From NCBI GenBank assembly GCA_964403585.1, contig CAYOFQ010000001.1, positions 12,456 to 76,455 on the forward strand: a stretch of 64,000 nt of DNA, read 5' to 3'. The notes under the pieces are model-generated. The model saw nothing but the letters and a program-made list of their open reading frames with translations. It ran no database searches and was not told where the DNA came from. This document shows, one piece after another, positions 15,837-25,114 of this stretch (position 1 is its first letter; the number at the start of each line of letters is the position of its first letter). Origin of the DNA: an uncultured Gammaproteobacteria bacterium. GTDB lineage: Bacteria; Patescibacteriota; Microgenomatia; JALYQM01. Both the position numbers and the translations under genes were made by a program.

Positions 15837-16601
15837 ATGTGGAATTTACTTGATGTACCGTATCAGATAATCTTTCAAAGCCTTATATATTTATATTCCG
15901 TTCTCTTTGAGAATTTTGGATTGGCAATTATTGCACTGACAGTCCTTATCCGGGCCCTGCTTCTCCCTTTCACCCTTCCTGCTACCCGAACACAGAAAAA
16001 AATGGTGGAGCTTAAACCAAAACTTGACGAGTTAAAAGCCCAGCATGGGCATGACAAAAGAAAATTATCCGAAGAACAACTAAAACTCTACCAGGAGCAC
16101 GGAGTAAATCCGCTTGGCGGATGCTTACCTCAAATAGTACAAATTGTCCTTCTCATCGTCTTGTATCAGGTATTCATCACTTTCCTTGACCCAACCAAAG
16201 GCCACAAGCCCCCTATGATTAACGGCAATCCGGTACATACTGCTTTTCTCTGGTGGGATCTGGCTAAAAAAGACCAGTTCTATGTGCTTCCTGTTCTGGC
16301 CGGCATTACCCAATTCATTATGTCCAAGATGATGCTTCCGAATACCAAACTGGAAATCAAAAAGAACGACTCCAAAGCTGAGAAAAAGGAAAAAGAAGAC
16401 ATTGCCGATGTCATGCAGGAAGTCCAGGGTCAGATGGTCTATATGATGCCGGTAATGACTGTCTTTTTCAGCTTAAACTTCCCTTCCGGGTTGGCGTTGT
16501 ACTGGATCGTCGGCAACATTTGTTCTATCGTCCAGCAATATTTCATCACCGGCTGGGGTAGCTTGCCTGACCTCTTAAAATGGTTTAAAAACTCCAAATA
16601 A
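15837..16601 (+). CDS. yidC: Membrane protein insertase YidC (short form)
   Basis: LLLPFTL...Q.KM..L.P....LK....D...L..E...LY.EHGVNPLGGCLP.L.Q matches the YidC/Oxa1 core, followed by several TM helices. Confidence 0.85.
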   Translation: MWNLLDVPYQIIFQSLIYLYSVLFENFGLAIIALTVLIRALLLPFTLPATRTQKKMVELKPKLDELKAQHGHDKRKLSEEQLKLYQEHGVNPLGGCLPQIVQIVLLIVLYQVFITFLDPTKGHKPPMINGNPVHTAFLWWDLAKKDQFYVLPVLAGITQFIMSKMMLPNTKLEIKKNDSKAEKKEKEDIADVMQEVQGQMVYMMPVMTVFFSLNFPSGLALYWIVGNICSIVQQYFITGWGSLPDLLKWFKNSK

Positions 16602-16674
16602 ATCCGCTTTACGGGTGAGCCTAACCAGTGTATAATCCCCTAAGTAAAATAAAAAAGTAAAGAAAAGAAATTGT

Positions 16675-17142
16675 ATGGATACAGTTCAAATCATTGGTAC
16701 TTCTACACAAGAGCTTCTTGCTCATCTTAAAATACCTGCCAAAGTGGCAGTTTCTGAATTTAAAGATGACAACGATAAAACAGGTTATAATGTTGAAATT
16801 TCCGGTGAAGACCTCGGAGTACTGATTGGGTATCATGGCGAAACCTTAAGCCACCTACAGCAGGTTCTAGCACTCGTAGTAAACAATAAGTTAGAAGAGT
16901 GGGTTCGTATCATCGTAGATATCGACGGCTGGAGACAACAGCGCAAAGAAGCGATCTCCTCACTTGTCCAGCAAGCAGTACAAAAAGTCCGATCGTCAGG
17001 ACAATCTCAGGTGTTACCTCCAATGTCTGCACACGAGCGACGCATAGTGCACACTGAAATAATTAACTATGACGATATGACATCTCATTCTGAAGGCGAA
17101 GGTCTTTCGCGAAAAGTCATCATCGAACGAAAAAGAGATTAA
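16675..17142 (+). CDS. jag: Jag/KhpB RNA-binding protein (KH + R3H domains)
   Basis: GEDLGVLIGYHGETLSHLQ (KH-like) and the R3H segment SAHERRIVHTEI. Canonical position after yidC. Confidence 0.75.
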   Translation: MDTVQIIGTSTQELLAHLKIPAKVAVSEFKDDNDKTGYNVEISGEDLGVLIGYHGETLSHLQQVLALVVNNKLEEWVRIIVDIDGWRQQRKEAISSLVQQAVQKVRSSGQSQVLPPMSAHERRIVHTEIINYDDMTSHSEGEGLSRKVIIERKRD

Positions 17143-17226
17143 TCCCCTGCCTCAAATTTTCATGTAGTGAATTTCTGACAGTTTTGTCAGGATTATGAAA
17201 ATAAATCTAAATGGTACAATGTCTTC

Positions 17227-18501
17227 ATGTCGACAATACGTAAAGTGACTTCCAACACCCTATGGCAGATAGCCGGCAAAGCAATTAATGTTATTAGCGG
17301 ACTAATTATAATTCGCTTGGTAACACAATACTTTGGCGAAGAAGGTACAGGCCTATATACGCTGGTCATTGGCTATATCGCGTTTTTCTTTATGCCTGTA
17401 GACTTCGGACTGAATGCGGTTGCAGTTAAACACCTCCTTGATGAGTCGCGCTCACCACAAAAAATATTCCGGAATTTACTTGGTCTGCGGCTAACTATTG
17501 GAACAGTCGTTACAGCAATTGCCTTACTAATATTGGTCATATTGCCCTACAATTCATTTAATAATACGGGATACTCACCTCAGGTAAAATTTGGTATTAC
17601 ACTACAGATTATAACCATTCTTGCACAGGCGATTCTCGCAACTTCCAACGCCTATTTTCAAGCTAATCACAAATACAAATACTCTTTCATCTCAAATGCA
17701 GCTGCTGCCCTGTTCAACACAATTCTGGTCGCATTCCTAATCATTTCAGGCTTCCCGCTTATATTCGCTATCGCAATCTTCAGCATCTCAGGCCTGATCG
17801 GCGCTGGAACCTCACTGTACCTCGTGAAGATAAAATTAAGGAATGTGTATCCTTTAAAAGAACCGGACTACTGGAAAGAATTATTTAGTCAAACCCTCCC
17901 GCTGACTATCTCAATTCTACTAAATCTTGTCTATTTTAGAAGCGATGCGCTAATCCAGCCTTTTTACAGGCAACTAGACGAAGTCGGACACTACAACGTA
18001 GCCTACAAAATATTCGAAGCAATGCTGGTTATTCCCAGCTACTTTGTTAACTCTCTCTACCCTGTCATGCTTGAAAAATTTAATCAGGGTGGAAATAAAT
18101 TTAAAGTGATTATACGCAAGTCTGCACTAAGTCTGGGAATGCTATCCTTATGTGCAAGCATCACCACCTACGCATTGGCACCGTACATGACGTTTCTATT
18201 ACTAAAGAGTTATGAGACTCAAACTATCCTTCTCTTAAGAATACTCTCCTCTGGTCTAATTTTCTTCTTCCTCTCCTCTATCGCAACCTGGGCCCTTATA
18301 ATAATTGGCAAACAAAAGTACCTTGCATATATATATGCCATAACCATGATTGTGAACATTTCTCTCAACCTGATTTTTATTCCACAATATGGTGCACTAG
18401 CCTCGGCGATAATTACCATCTCCACAGAGGCAATTGTCTTGATCTGCACAGCCTGGCTGCTCATGGCAAATAAAAATAATTTAACTACGGGGAAAGAATA
18501 A
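17227..18501 (+). CDS. MOP-superfamily (Wzx/MurJ-like) oligosaccharide/lipid-linked flippase
   Basis: 424 aa with about 12 predicted TM helices and a polysaccharide-biosynthesis-protein style N-terminus. The family call is from topology and general similarity only. Confidence 0.55.
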   Translation: MSTIRKVTSNTLWQIAGKAINVISGLIIIRLVTQYFGEEGTGLYTLVIGYIAFFFMPVDFGLNAVAVKHLLDESRSPQKIFRNLLGLRLTIGTVVTAIALLILVILPYNSFNNTGYSPQVKFGITLQIITILAQAILATSNAYFQANHKYKYSFISNAAAALFNTILVAFLIISGFPLIFAIAIFSISGLIGAGTSLYLVKIKLRNVYPLKEPDYWKELFSQTLPLTISILLNLVYFRSDALIQPFYRQLDEVGHYNVAYKIFEAMLVIPSYFVNSLYPVMLEKFNQGGNKFKVIIRKSALSLGMLSLCASITTYALAPYMTFLLLKSYETQTILLLRILSSGLIFFFLSSIATWALIIIGKQKYLAYIYAITMIVNISLNLIFIPQYGALASAIITISTEAIVLICTAWLLMANKNNLTTGKE

Positions 18502-18502
18502 A

Positions 18503-18925
18503 ATGCTTAACAGTGAAAAAGAATTAATTATAAACACTGACGGAGGTTCACGGGGCAATCCTGGCCAAGCGGCTATTGGTATTGTAATTAGAAATAGCGA
18601 CCGGGAAATTTTACACCAAATAGCTGAGACTATTGGCATCACTACCAACAATGTGGCTGAATATACTGCGGTTCGTGAGGCATTGAAATTTATAAAAAGC
18701 GAAACGTGTGAAGCTGTAGTGAGTTTTTTTCTCGATTCCGAACTGGTGGTTAGGCAACTAACTGGAATCTATAAAATCAAAGATCCTACGCTACGCAACT
18801 ATCTAATTGAAATAAAAGAACTTGAAAATTGCTTTCCAAAAGTCAGCTATACGCATGTCAAACGTGAATTCAATAAAGAAGCCGACGCTCTTGTAAATAA
18901 AGCCCTCGATGCAGAGACTGCTTGA
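18503..18925 (+). CDS. rnhA: Ribonuclease HI-like protein
   Basis: INTDGGSRGNPG (Asp), NNVAEYTAV (Glu), FLDSELVV (Asp) and EADALVNKA (Asp) reproduce the spacing of the RNase H DEDD catalytic residues. Ends with TGA. Confidence 0.7.
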   Translation: MLNSEKELIINTDGGSRGNPGQAAIGIVIRNSDREILHQIAETIGITTNNVAEYTAVREALKFIKSETCEAVVSFFLDSELVVRQLTGIYKIKDPTLRNYLIEIKELENCFPKVSYTHVKREFNKEADALVNKALDAETA

Positions 18926-18985
18926 CTCTCCCAAGCCTATCCAACTATGATAGAGACGTACCACTAGAGTATCGTATCTAATAGC

Positions 18986-21847
18986 ATGCCTGAATCAACT
19001 AAAACAAAAACGAAACCAAGCATTTCCCAAGCCCTTGTTATTGGTGGTGCCGGCTTTGTCGGTTCATATGTGTGCGAAAGTCTACTCGCGCAGAATCTCC
19101 AGGTCGTAGCCATTGATGACCTATCCAGTGGCAAAGAAGAGTACTTGGAGCCGCTGCTCAAAGATAAGAATTTTCAGTTTATAAAATTAGACATTGATCA
19201 ATCCCCCTTTCCCGAGTTCCCTAATGTGAAATACATATTTCACATCGGTGGCATCGAGTCATACATCAATGGTGTAGATCTTTCGCTAAAAACAATGCTG
19301 GTCAACTCCATCGGAACATATAATATTTTGGAACTCGCCCGTAAAAACAATGCCAGGCTTTTATTAGCTTCTTCACTGGATATCTACTCCGGCATCATGT
19401 CATCCTTAAATCTGAAAAACTACTTTGGTCAGAGCGACCGGGATATCAAAAGGTACACACATCATGAAGCAAAAAGATATGCAGAGGCATTAGTAACCGA
19501 GTATTACCGCAAGTATGAACTTGATGCGCGCATTGTGCGGGTCGCCGACGTATACGGACCACGCATGGACCTCAGCTCCGGGACAGAAATAGCACAGTTA
19601 TTCCAGGAGGCAATCACGAGCGACGCCCTGACTATTCATGGTGATGGCTTAAAAACACTCCACCCTACCTTCGTAACCGACGTAGTCGCAGGTATAACTA
19701 AAGCCATGTTTACTGAAGATACTTCAGGCAAAATATACAACATCACAGCGCACGAAGAAATCAACGTTTTAAACTTTGCATATACTATCCAAAAAAACTC
19801 TACCAAACCACTCAAAATTCAATTCACACAAGAGTATAAAGAAGTTAAATTTCCATTGCACCCTACCGAGATCCAACAGACTGAAAGTGAATTAGCATGG
19901 AACGCCAAAACTAAGCTGCCGGAAGGAGTAACACTAACACTTGAGTACTTCTTCCTACGCGCTGCTAAAGAAAAACCTGAGAAGAAAAAGGCTGCTGCGG
20001 TCGAAAAGACCCCCGCCTTAGCGCCAACAGAAAATCCGGACTCATCCAAAACAATTCTTCTCGAAAATATGAGCAGTAAAGAAGTTAAACCTATCCCTCG
20101 CTCTGCTGAGTTAAGCAATAAAGTTACTAAGGATATTAAAGGTAATGAACCGAAGGCAACGGGTGAAGAGAAAACTAATCACCCTATAAATAAATGGAAC
20201 GCCTTAATTTTAGCGACCAGCCTCTTTGTCGTTTTAACCCTTTTTATCTTCCCTATGCTCGCTCTCTATTCTACCAACGACAAATCGGTAGCCGCGACCC
20301 AGGAAGCTCTTTCACAGGAGAGCCTCGAATCGGCTATCAATGCGCAGGAAAACCTGTACTATGGTAATGTGCAGTATGACAACCTTGAATGGTTTTTTAA
20401 TACTATTCAAAAACGCAGTGCCTTTGAAAACACCAGGGCATCCCTTCAGGCCCTAGATAAAATTAACATCGCAGTTGCTGTGCAAAGTAAGTTACGTTCA
20501 ACAGTATACGGAACCGTCAATGCGCTTGTAAACGGCAAGGCCACGACTGCGCAAATCGAATCTTCAAAGCAACAGTTAACCACCAGCTTTATCAGCATCC
20601 AAAATGCCGTAATTGAAAATGAAACAGTGAAGCAAAAGCTTGCCGAAGCCGATTCCGAGGTTCTCCTTTCACAAGCTACGACTGGGAAACTCAACGAAAT
20701 ACTAATGCGGGCGGAACCCCTTTTAAAGAAATATGAGCAGCAATCTTCACTAATGCAAAACGTAGTGCAGTTCCTCTCCCCTGCTCAGAGTAAAGCATAT
20801 TTAGTAATCTTCCAGGACACCCTGTACCCCAACAAACTTGACGCTAAAGTTCTTGGCTATGCCTATGTACAACTTGGCAAAAACGGAATCGCCAAAGTTA
20901 ACTTGCAGCAATACCAGTATAAAAATGACAAAGCCAACAGTACGGAAGTAATAAAAGATATCTTGGATCAGAGCAAAACTAACGGCTGGTTACCGCTCAG
21001 TGCTATATTCATGGGAAATACTACCACGCTTGAAGACCTGGTTATAGCCGAAGGATCTCTAACCGTTTCTACCCTCGCTCAGATAGTTTCTGCCAATGAT
21101 ATTGAGCAAAAACTTCTGGAAAACCGTGCTAACAACGAGTTTCAATACTTAATCTGGAAAGAGATATTCACTTCAATTCCTTCGCTATCTAACGATAAAT
21201 TATCTAAAGTTGGAACTGCTCTTTATAACGGCATCCTCCACGAAGACATCAAAATGTTAACACAGGACGACAAGGGCACGGTTACTTTTCCCGTTTGCGA
21301 TACAAACCGGATACTTCAACGGGACTTTGTTAACAGCGATGACCAGCTCTATCCAAATAAAACCAACGGAAACCCCTACTGTGTTGTACTTCAGGAACGG
21401 CAAATTTCTGTGCAGACAACGAAAAATTTGCAGAAAAGCATCGAACTTACTGCCGATGAAAAAGATCAGGACAACTATAAATTCAAACTCACCTACACAA
21501 TTAAAAACAACAGCAAAACTACATTTAACGGCGACGTGGAACTATCTTTTCCCGGCACTCCACAGCTAACCAATTTACAATTAGTTTTCCCGTTGTCACT
21601 GGACAAAGCTAAATCTGAAAAGAAAGACAACAATACGTCATATACAGTCAATGTCAACATTGAGCCAGGTACACAAAAAGAATTGGTCATCGAATGGACT
21701 TCTAAAAAGTCCGATGGGGACATCAACAAGTCCGGCATCTACCTGGCCAAGCCATACGGAACCGCCATCGATAAGTCTTCAATTACAATAAACAGACAGA
21801 AACCGGCAACTGCAGTTGGTCAAAATTCAGACCTGTACCTCAATTAA
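18986..21847 (+). CDS. Fusion protein: N-terminal NAD-dependent epimerase/dehydratase-like Rossmann domain (~330 aa), single TM helix, ~530-aa extracytoplasmic domain of unknown function
   Basis: GGAGFVGSYVCESL is a GxxGxxG NAD-binding motif. The catalytic YxxxK looks degenerate (YTHHEAKRYAEAL). TM helix ALILATSLFVVLTLFIFPMLALY at about aa 405. The C-terminal region is Asn/Lys/Thr-rich and uncharacterised. Confidence 0.65.
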   Translation: MPESTKTKTKPSISQALVIGGAGFVGSYVCESLLAQNLQVVAIDDLSSGKEEYLEPLLKDKNFQFIKLDIDQSPFPEFPNVKYIFHIGGIESYINGVDLSLKTMLVNSIGTYNILELARKNNARLLLASSLDIYSGIMSSLNLKNYFGQSDRDIKRYTHHEAKRYAEALVTEYYRKYELDARIVRVADVYGPRMDLSSGTEIAQLFQEAITSDALTIHGDGLKTLHPTFVTDVVAGITKAMFTEDTSGKIYNITAHEEINVLNFAYTIQKNSTKPLKIQFTQEYKEVKFPLHPTEIQQTESELAWNAKTKLPEGVTLTLEYFFLRAAKEKPEKKKAAAVEKTPALAPTENPDSSKTILLENMSSKEVKPIPRSAELSNKVTKDIKGNEPKATGEEKTNHPINKWNALILATSLFVVLTLFIFPMLALYSTNDKSVAATQEALSQESLESAINAQENLYYGNVQYDNLEWFFNTIQKRSAFENTRASLQALDKINIAVAVQSKLRSTVYGTVNALVNGKATTAQIESSKQQLTTSFISIQNAVIENETVKQKLAEADSEVLLSQATTGKLNEILMRAEPLLKKYEQQSSLMQNVVQFLSPAQSKAYLVIFQDTLYPNKLDAKVLGYAYVQLGKNGIAKVNLQQYQYKNDKANSTEVIKDILDQSKTNGWLPLSAIFMGNTTTLEDLVIAEGSLTVSTLAQIVSANDIEQKLLENRANNEFQYLIWKEIFTSIPSLSNDKLSKVGTALYNGILHEDIKMLTQDDKGTVTFPVCDTNRILQRDFVNSDDQLYPNKTNGNPYCVVLQERQISVQTTKNLQKSIELTADEKDQDNYKFKLTYTIKNNSKTTFNGDVELSFPGTPQLTNLQLVFPLSLDKAKSEKKDNNTSYTVNVNIEPGTQKELVIEWTSKKSDGDINKSGIYLAKPYGTAIDKSSITINRQKPATAVGQNSDLYLN

Positions 21848-21922
21848 CCTACTTGACCACTCCCCTAACCTCATAGTATACCTATTAAACTTAACATATA
21901 CCTACCCAAAAGGAGTTTTTGT

Positions 21923-22585
21923 ATGCCCGCAAGACAAGTTATTCACGCTACTAAACGCGATGTGTTTGGTAAGCGCATTAGTTCCCACCGCAACCAGGGG
22001 CATGTACCCGCAAATATCTATGCCAGGGATACCGAATCAATTGCTATCTGGTTCGATGAAAAAGAACTTCGTACTATTTTAAAAGATGTCAGTGAGTCCA
22101 CACTTATTGATCTCTCCCTCGAAGGTGAGTCCAAAACCAGACCGGTTATCCTCCGCCATATCGAAGAAAATATGTTTAAACCCCAGGTTATTCATGTCGA
22201 TGTCCAGCAGGTCAACTTGAAAGAAAAAATGGTTATTAATATTCCTGTCGAGGTGACCGGTGAAGCACAAATTATCGTTGACGGCCTCGGCTTACTGGAA
22301 ACACCAACTACCGAAGTTGAAGTCGAAGCTTTACCAACCGATCTTCCGGAGTCTTTTACTATCGACATTTCCCCTCTTACTGAAATCGGTCAACACATCT
22401 TAGTTAAAGACTTAAAAGCCCCCAAAGGCGTGGAAATCCTCTCTGACCCTGAAGCAATCCTTGCTGTGGTCACCGAACCGGCTAAGGAAGAAGAAGCCGC
22501 ACCTGCTGATGAAGCTGCAGCAGTAGATGCCGTTGAAACAACTGAGGAAGGGAAATCTGAAGAGTCTGAAGAAGCAGCTGAGTAA
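21923..22585 (+). CDS. rplY: 50S ribosomal protein L25 / general stress protein Ctc
   Basis: The MPARQVIHATKRDVFGKRISSHRNQGHVPANIYA... N-terminus is typical of bL25, with a long acidic C-terminal tail as in Ctc-type L25. Confidence 0.8.
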   Translation: MPARQVIHATKRDVFGKRISSHRNQGHVPANIYARDTESIAIWFDEKELRTILKDVSESTLIDLSLEGESKTRPVILRHIEENMFKPQVIHVDVQQVNLKEKMVINIPVEVTGEAQIIVDGLGLLETPTTEVEVEALPTDLPESFTIDISPLTEIGQHILVKDLKAPKGVEILSDPEAILAVVTEPAKEEEAAPADEAAAVDAVETTEEGKSEESEEAAE

Positions 22586-22602
22586 CAAAAATGTAAATAT
22601 AT

Positions 22603-22640
22603 TAAAAGAGGCTACCGGCAAGGTAGTCTCTTTTTTATTG
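22603..22640. terminator. Bidirectional intrinsic terminator between rplY and the convergent hypothetical gene
   Basis: aaaagaGGCTACCggcaaGGTAGTCTCttttttatt: a GC-rich stem followed by a T-run. Confidence 0.6.
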
Positions 22641-23276
22641 GCCGAGCAAGTTAAGCACTTTCTCCCCTTGCAAAAACTGAGGATCCATATTAACAGCTTC
22701 TTGTACAAGTACCCGCGCGTGAGCATCATCAAATAGCATATACGATTTTTGACCTAATCGGTAAAGAACATCGCGGTAATCCGGATGGGTCTTAGAGATG
22801 TCATTCCAGTGATTGTACTCCCCTATAGTTGTATGAAAAACGATTTTACGTGCGGAAATACTTTCTTCGAGAGTACGAAGTGCAGACAACTCCTCTTGAG
22901 TCGGCACCAGCACCTCCTGGGCAACATGCAAAAATGCCACTTCATGTTGCGCCTCCTCTAACCTGTTCTTAACGGTCAAAGACTCCAGATATAAAAGATG
23001 TGATCGATAAGATTTCGGCGAAGTTACTAGGTCATCCGAGAAACTGTTCGCTGTGGTAGAAACAGGGAAAAAGATTCGTATTTGTACGAGGGCGAAAAAT
23101 ATAATACAGCTATATAGCAACGTATGAAATACATACGCCGCCGTATTCCCGGGCTTAAAAGGCAGTGCGGGAATCGATCGGAAAAAATGCGGGAATTGAA
23201 AAGGGGGCTTTGATACCTCAGGCTCGGAATTAGTGCTTTCACGCTTCACAAAATATCGTTTATTGAACTGAGCCAT
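22635..23276 (-). CDS. Hypothetical membrane-anchored protein
   Basis: Open frame with one TM segment (LLYSCIIFFALVQIRIFF). No recognisable motif. Confidence 0.45.
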   Translation of the reverse strand: MAQFNKRYFVKRESTNSEPEVSKPPFQFPHFFRSIPALPFKPGNTAAYVFHTLLYSCIIFFALVQIRIFFPVSTTANSFSDDLVTSPKSYRSHLLYLESLTVKNRLEEAQHEVAFLHVAQEVLVPTQEELSALRTLEESISARKIVFHTTIGEYNHWNDISKTHPDYRDVLYRLGQKSYMLFDDAHARVLVQEAVNMDPQFLQGEKVLNLLGQ

Positions 23277-23283
23277 ATACCGA

Positions 23284-23856
23284 TTATAACTTCTTTACCT
23301 GATACACACTATGGCCATTACGCTTTTTTATTTCCCGCATCCTCAGTTCGTTCTGGCTACCAACTCGCGGCACTAAATGATTCAGCGCCGTGACAACGAC
23401 CAGCCATAAACTACCGCCGGGACGAAGCATCGAGTAGGGGGTTAAGATAAAATCGCGGGTAATTGCTTCATCACCAATTTTTGCCGGTACATTAGATACT
23501 ATCAAATCAAAAGTCCGGCCATCAACCGACTCTGTTCCGACGCTGCCTAATATTTCCACATTCTCCACGCGGTTCTTAACTGCGTTATTTATAGCATAAC
23601 GAATCGCCAGTAAATCTTTATCCAGCATCGTAACTGTGGCCTTGGGAAACTTTTTAGCCAAAATTATCCCGATCGGACCATACCCACAGCCAATATCCAG
23701 AATCGAAGCAGGGGAGTTCTCAAAAGTCATTGCTCGAAGCAAACAGTCAGTCCCGTGATCCATCTCATATGTCGAAAACAAGGTATTACCGACATCAAAT
23801 GTGAAATTTTCACCGGAGTAACGGTATTGAATTTCTTTTTTAAAATAAGGATCCAT
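23284..23856 (-). CDS. Class I SAM-dependent methyltransferase (small-domain, RsmC/RlmG-like family)
   Basis: LDIGCGYGPIG is the SAM-binding motif I, followed by DLIVSNVP (motif IV-like). The substrate is unknown. Confidence 0.65.
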   Translation of the reverse strand: MDPYFKKEIQYRYSGENFTFDVGNTLFSTYEMDHGTDCLLRAMTFENSPASILDIGCGYGPIGIILAKKFPKATVTMLDKDLLAIRYAINNAVKNRVENVEILGSVGTESVDGRTFDLIVSNVPAKIGDEAITRDFILTPYSMLRPGGSLWLVVVTALNHLVPRVGSQNELRMREIKKRNGHSVYQVKKL

Positions 23857-23858
23857 AA

Positions 23859-24491
23859 TCAGCGCGAGAATGCAATGTCGATCCGCAAGGGATCTAATGA
23901 TGCCAAATGAAAAATATAATCTGGCGTTATTATACCAGAATAAGGCTCTCCAAGCGAGTATTGTGCCTCATAATAGATTTTCCATATAAGCTGCGAACAG
24001 TACGCGACAGTATCGTCCAATGCATTCCGTGTAAAACCAAATTTCAGATGGGGAGAGCTAGCATATTTATTGACGAGAGATATGACATCATTTATAGTTG
24101 AGACTTCGGCGGCTGGCCGTAGCACAATCCAATCTTCCATTTCCTTGGAAACCCACTGTGTAGCCGCTTTATGGGAGAGAGAGATTTCATTAGCCTTGTT
24201 TGTATCGAACCCTTTAGCTTCAAGTATCAGATCATTTCCCATATAAAGCGCTGCATGCGTAAAATGGAGATTGTAAACCCGTGAAGGAATCGCTGTAGAG
24301 TCTGTGAGTTCTCGCTTAAGGAGAATATCTCCGGCATGTAAGTCGCATGCGGAAATCATCGACGAAGTACAGCCATCACGGGCAAATCGTATCCTCGAAT
24401 TATGGTCGGCTTTTTGCAAAGAATAAACAGATGGAGAGAATATACAAGCAGCTGAGATAAAAACTAATATCACAACTAAGACTATTTTCAT
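23859..24491 (-). CDS. Secreted permuted papain-fold enzyme of the YiiX/DUF830 (peptidase C92) family
   Basis: N-terminal signal/TM, then GDILL...HAALYMG..LILEA...YCSQLIWKIYYEA, matching the conserved Cys/His arrangement of YiiX-like proteins. Confidence 0.55.
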   Translation of the reverse strand: MKIVLVVILVFISAACIFSPSVYSLQKADHNSRIRFARDGCTSSMISACDLHAGDILLKRELTDSTAIPSRVYNLHFTHAALYMGNDLILEAKGFDTNKANEISLSHKAATQWVSKEMEDWIVLRPAAEVSTINDVISLVNKYASSPHLKFGFTRNALDDTVAYCSQLIWKIYYEAQYSLGEPYSGIITPDYIFHLASLDPLRIDIAFSR

Positions 24492-25021
24492 TTAGCTGTG
24501 TATCGCATTCGCTTTATTCTACGAGTTTCTAGCCAGAAACTTATTCCAAATAATATCAATGCATTTAACGCTATTACTAAATATGCGAACAAATTATTAT
24601 CAGTCGGATCTAAATCGAGAGCAACTAACGCAAACATAGTAGGGGAGGTGGGCATCACGAGGGCTAAGCCACAGAGTTTTTCGGTACAGTGTAAAGCATA
24701 ATACGCTACATCTATAGCCCAAATAAGATAACCAGCCGTTAATGTAATAGGAAACGTCAGAATCCATTCAGGAGGGGATTTTAAGTATTTAAGAGTCAAA
24801 TAATAGAGTATAAAGGCGTTAAGAGCAAATATGAGAAAATAACCAAAGAATAAAAGAATACTTAATTGGCTAAAGACGGAGGTTAAAGCTACCCAGGGAT
24901 ACAATGGTATAAATAATAGGTTACTATTACTCGAGGAACCATTCGTATGAAGGCAAAACCAGGTGAGGAGTGAATATAAAGCAACAATACCACTTGAAGG
25001 GCGCAGAAAGTTTTTATTCAT
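24488..25021 (-). CDS. Hypothetical integral membrane protein (4-5 TM)
   Basis: Hydrophobic throughout and translationally coupled to the upstream gene. Confidence 0.45.
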   Translation of the reverse strand: MNKNFLRPSSGIVALYSLLTWFCLHTNGSSSNSNLLFIPLYPWVALTSVFSQLSILLFFGYFLIFALNAFILYYLTLKYLKSPPEWILTFPITLTAGYLIWAIDVAYYALHCTEKLCGLALVMPTSPTMFALVALDLDPTDNNLFAYLVIALNALILFGISFWLETRRIKRMRYTAK

Positions 25022-25059
25022 AGTATGAAGATGGTATTCTCAACACGAGTAATTGACAA

Positions 25060-25095
25060 CTATATAAAAAAAGCCCGGTTCCCCGAGCTTTTCCT
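25060..25095 (-). terminator. Intrinsic terminator downstream of valS
   Basis: Minus-strand read aaaGCTCGGggaaCCGGGCttttttt: a hairpin followed by a T7 run. Confidence 0.5.
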
Positions 25096-25114
25096 ATTTA
25101 AGCCCTGGTAATAA

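Noticed and set aside
22412-22732. 106-aa minus-strand ORF overlapping the rplY 3' end and terminator
   Set aside because: It overlaps the acidic-tail coding region antisense and the bidirectional terminator hairpin. There is no Shine-Dalgarno sequence and composition is poor.
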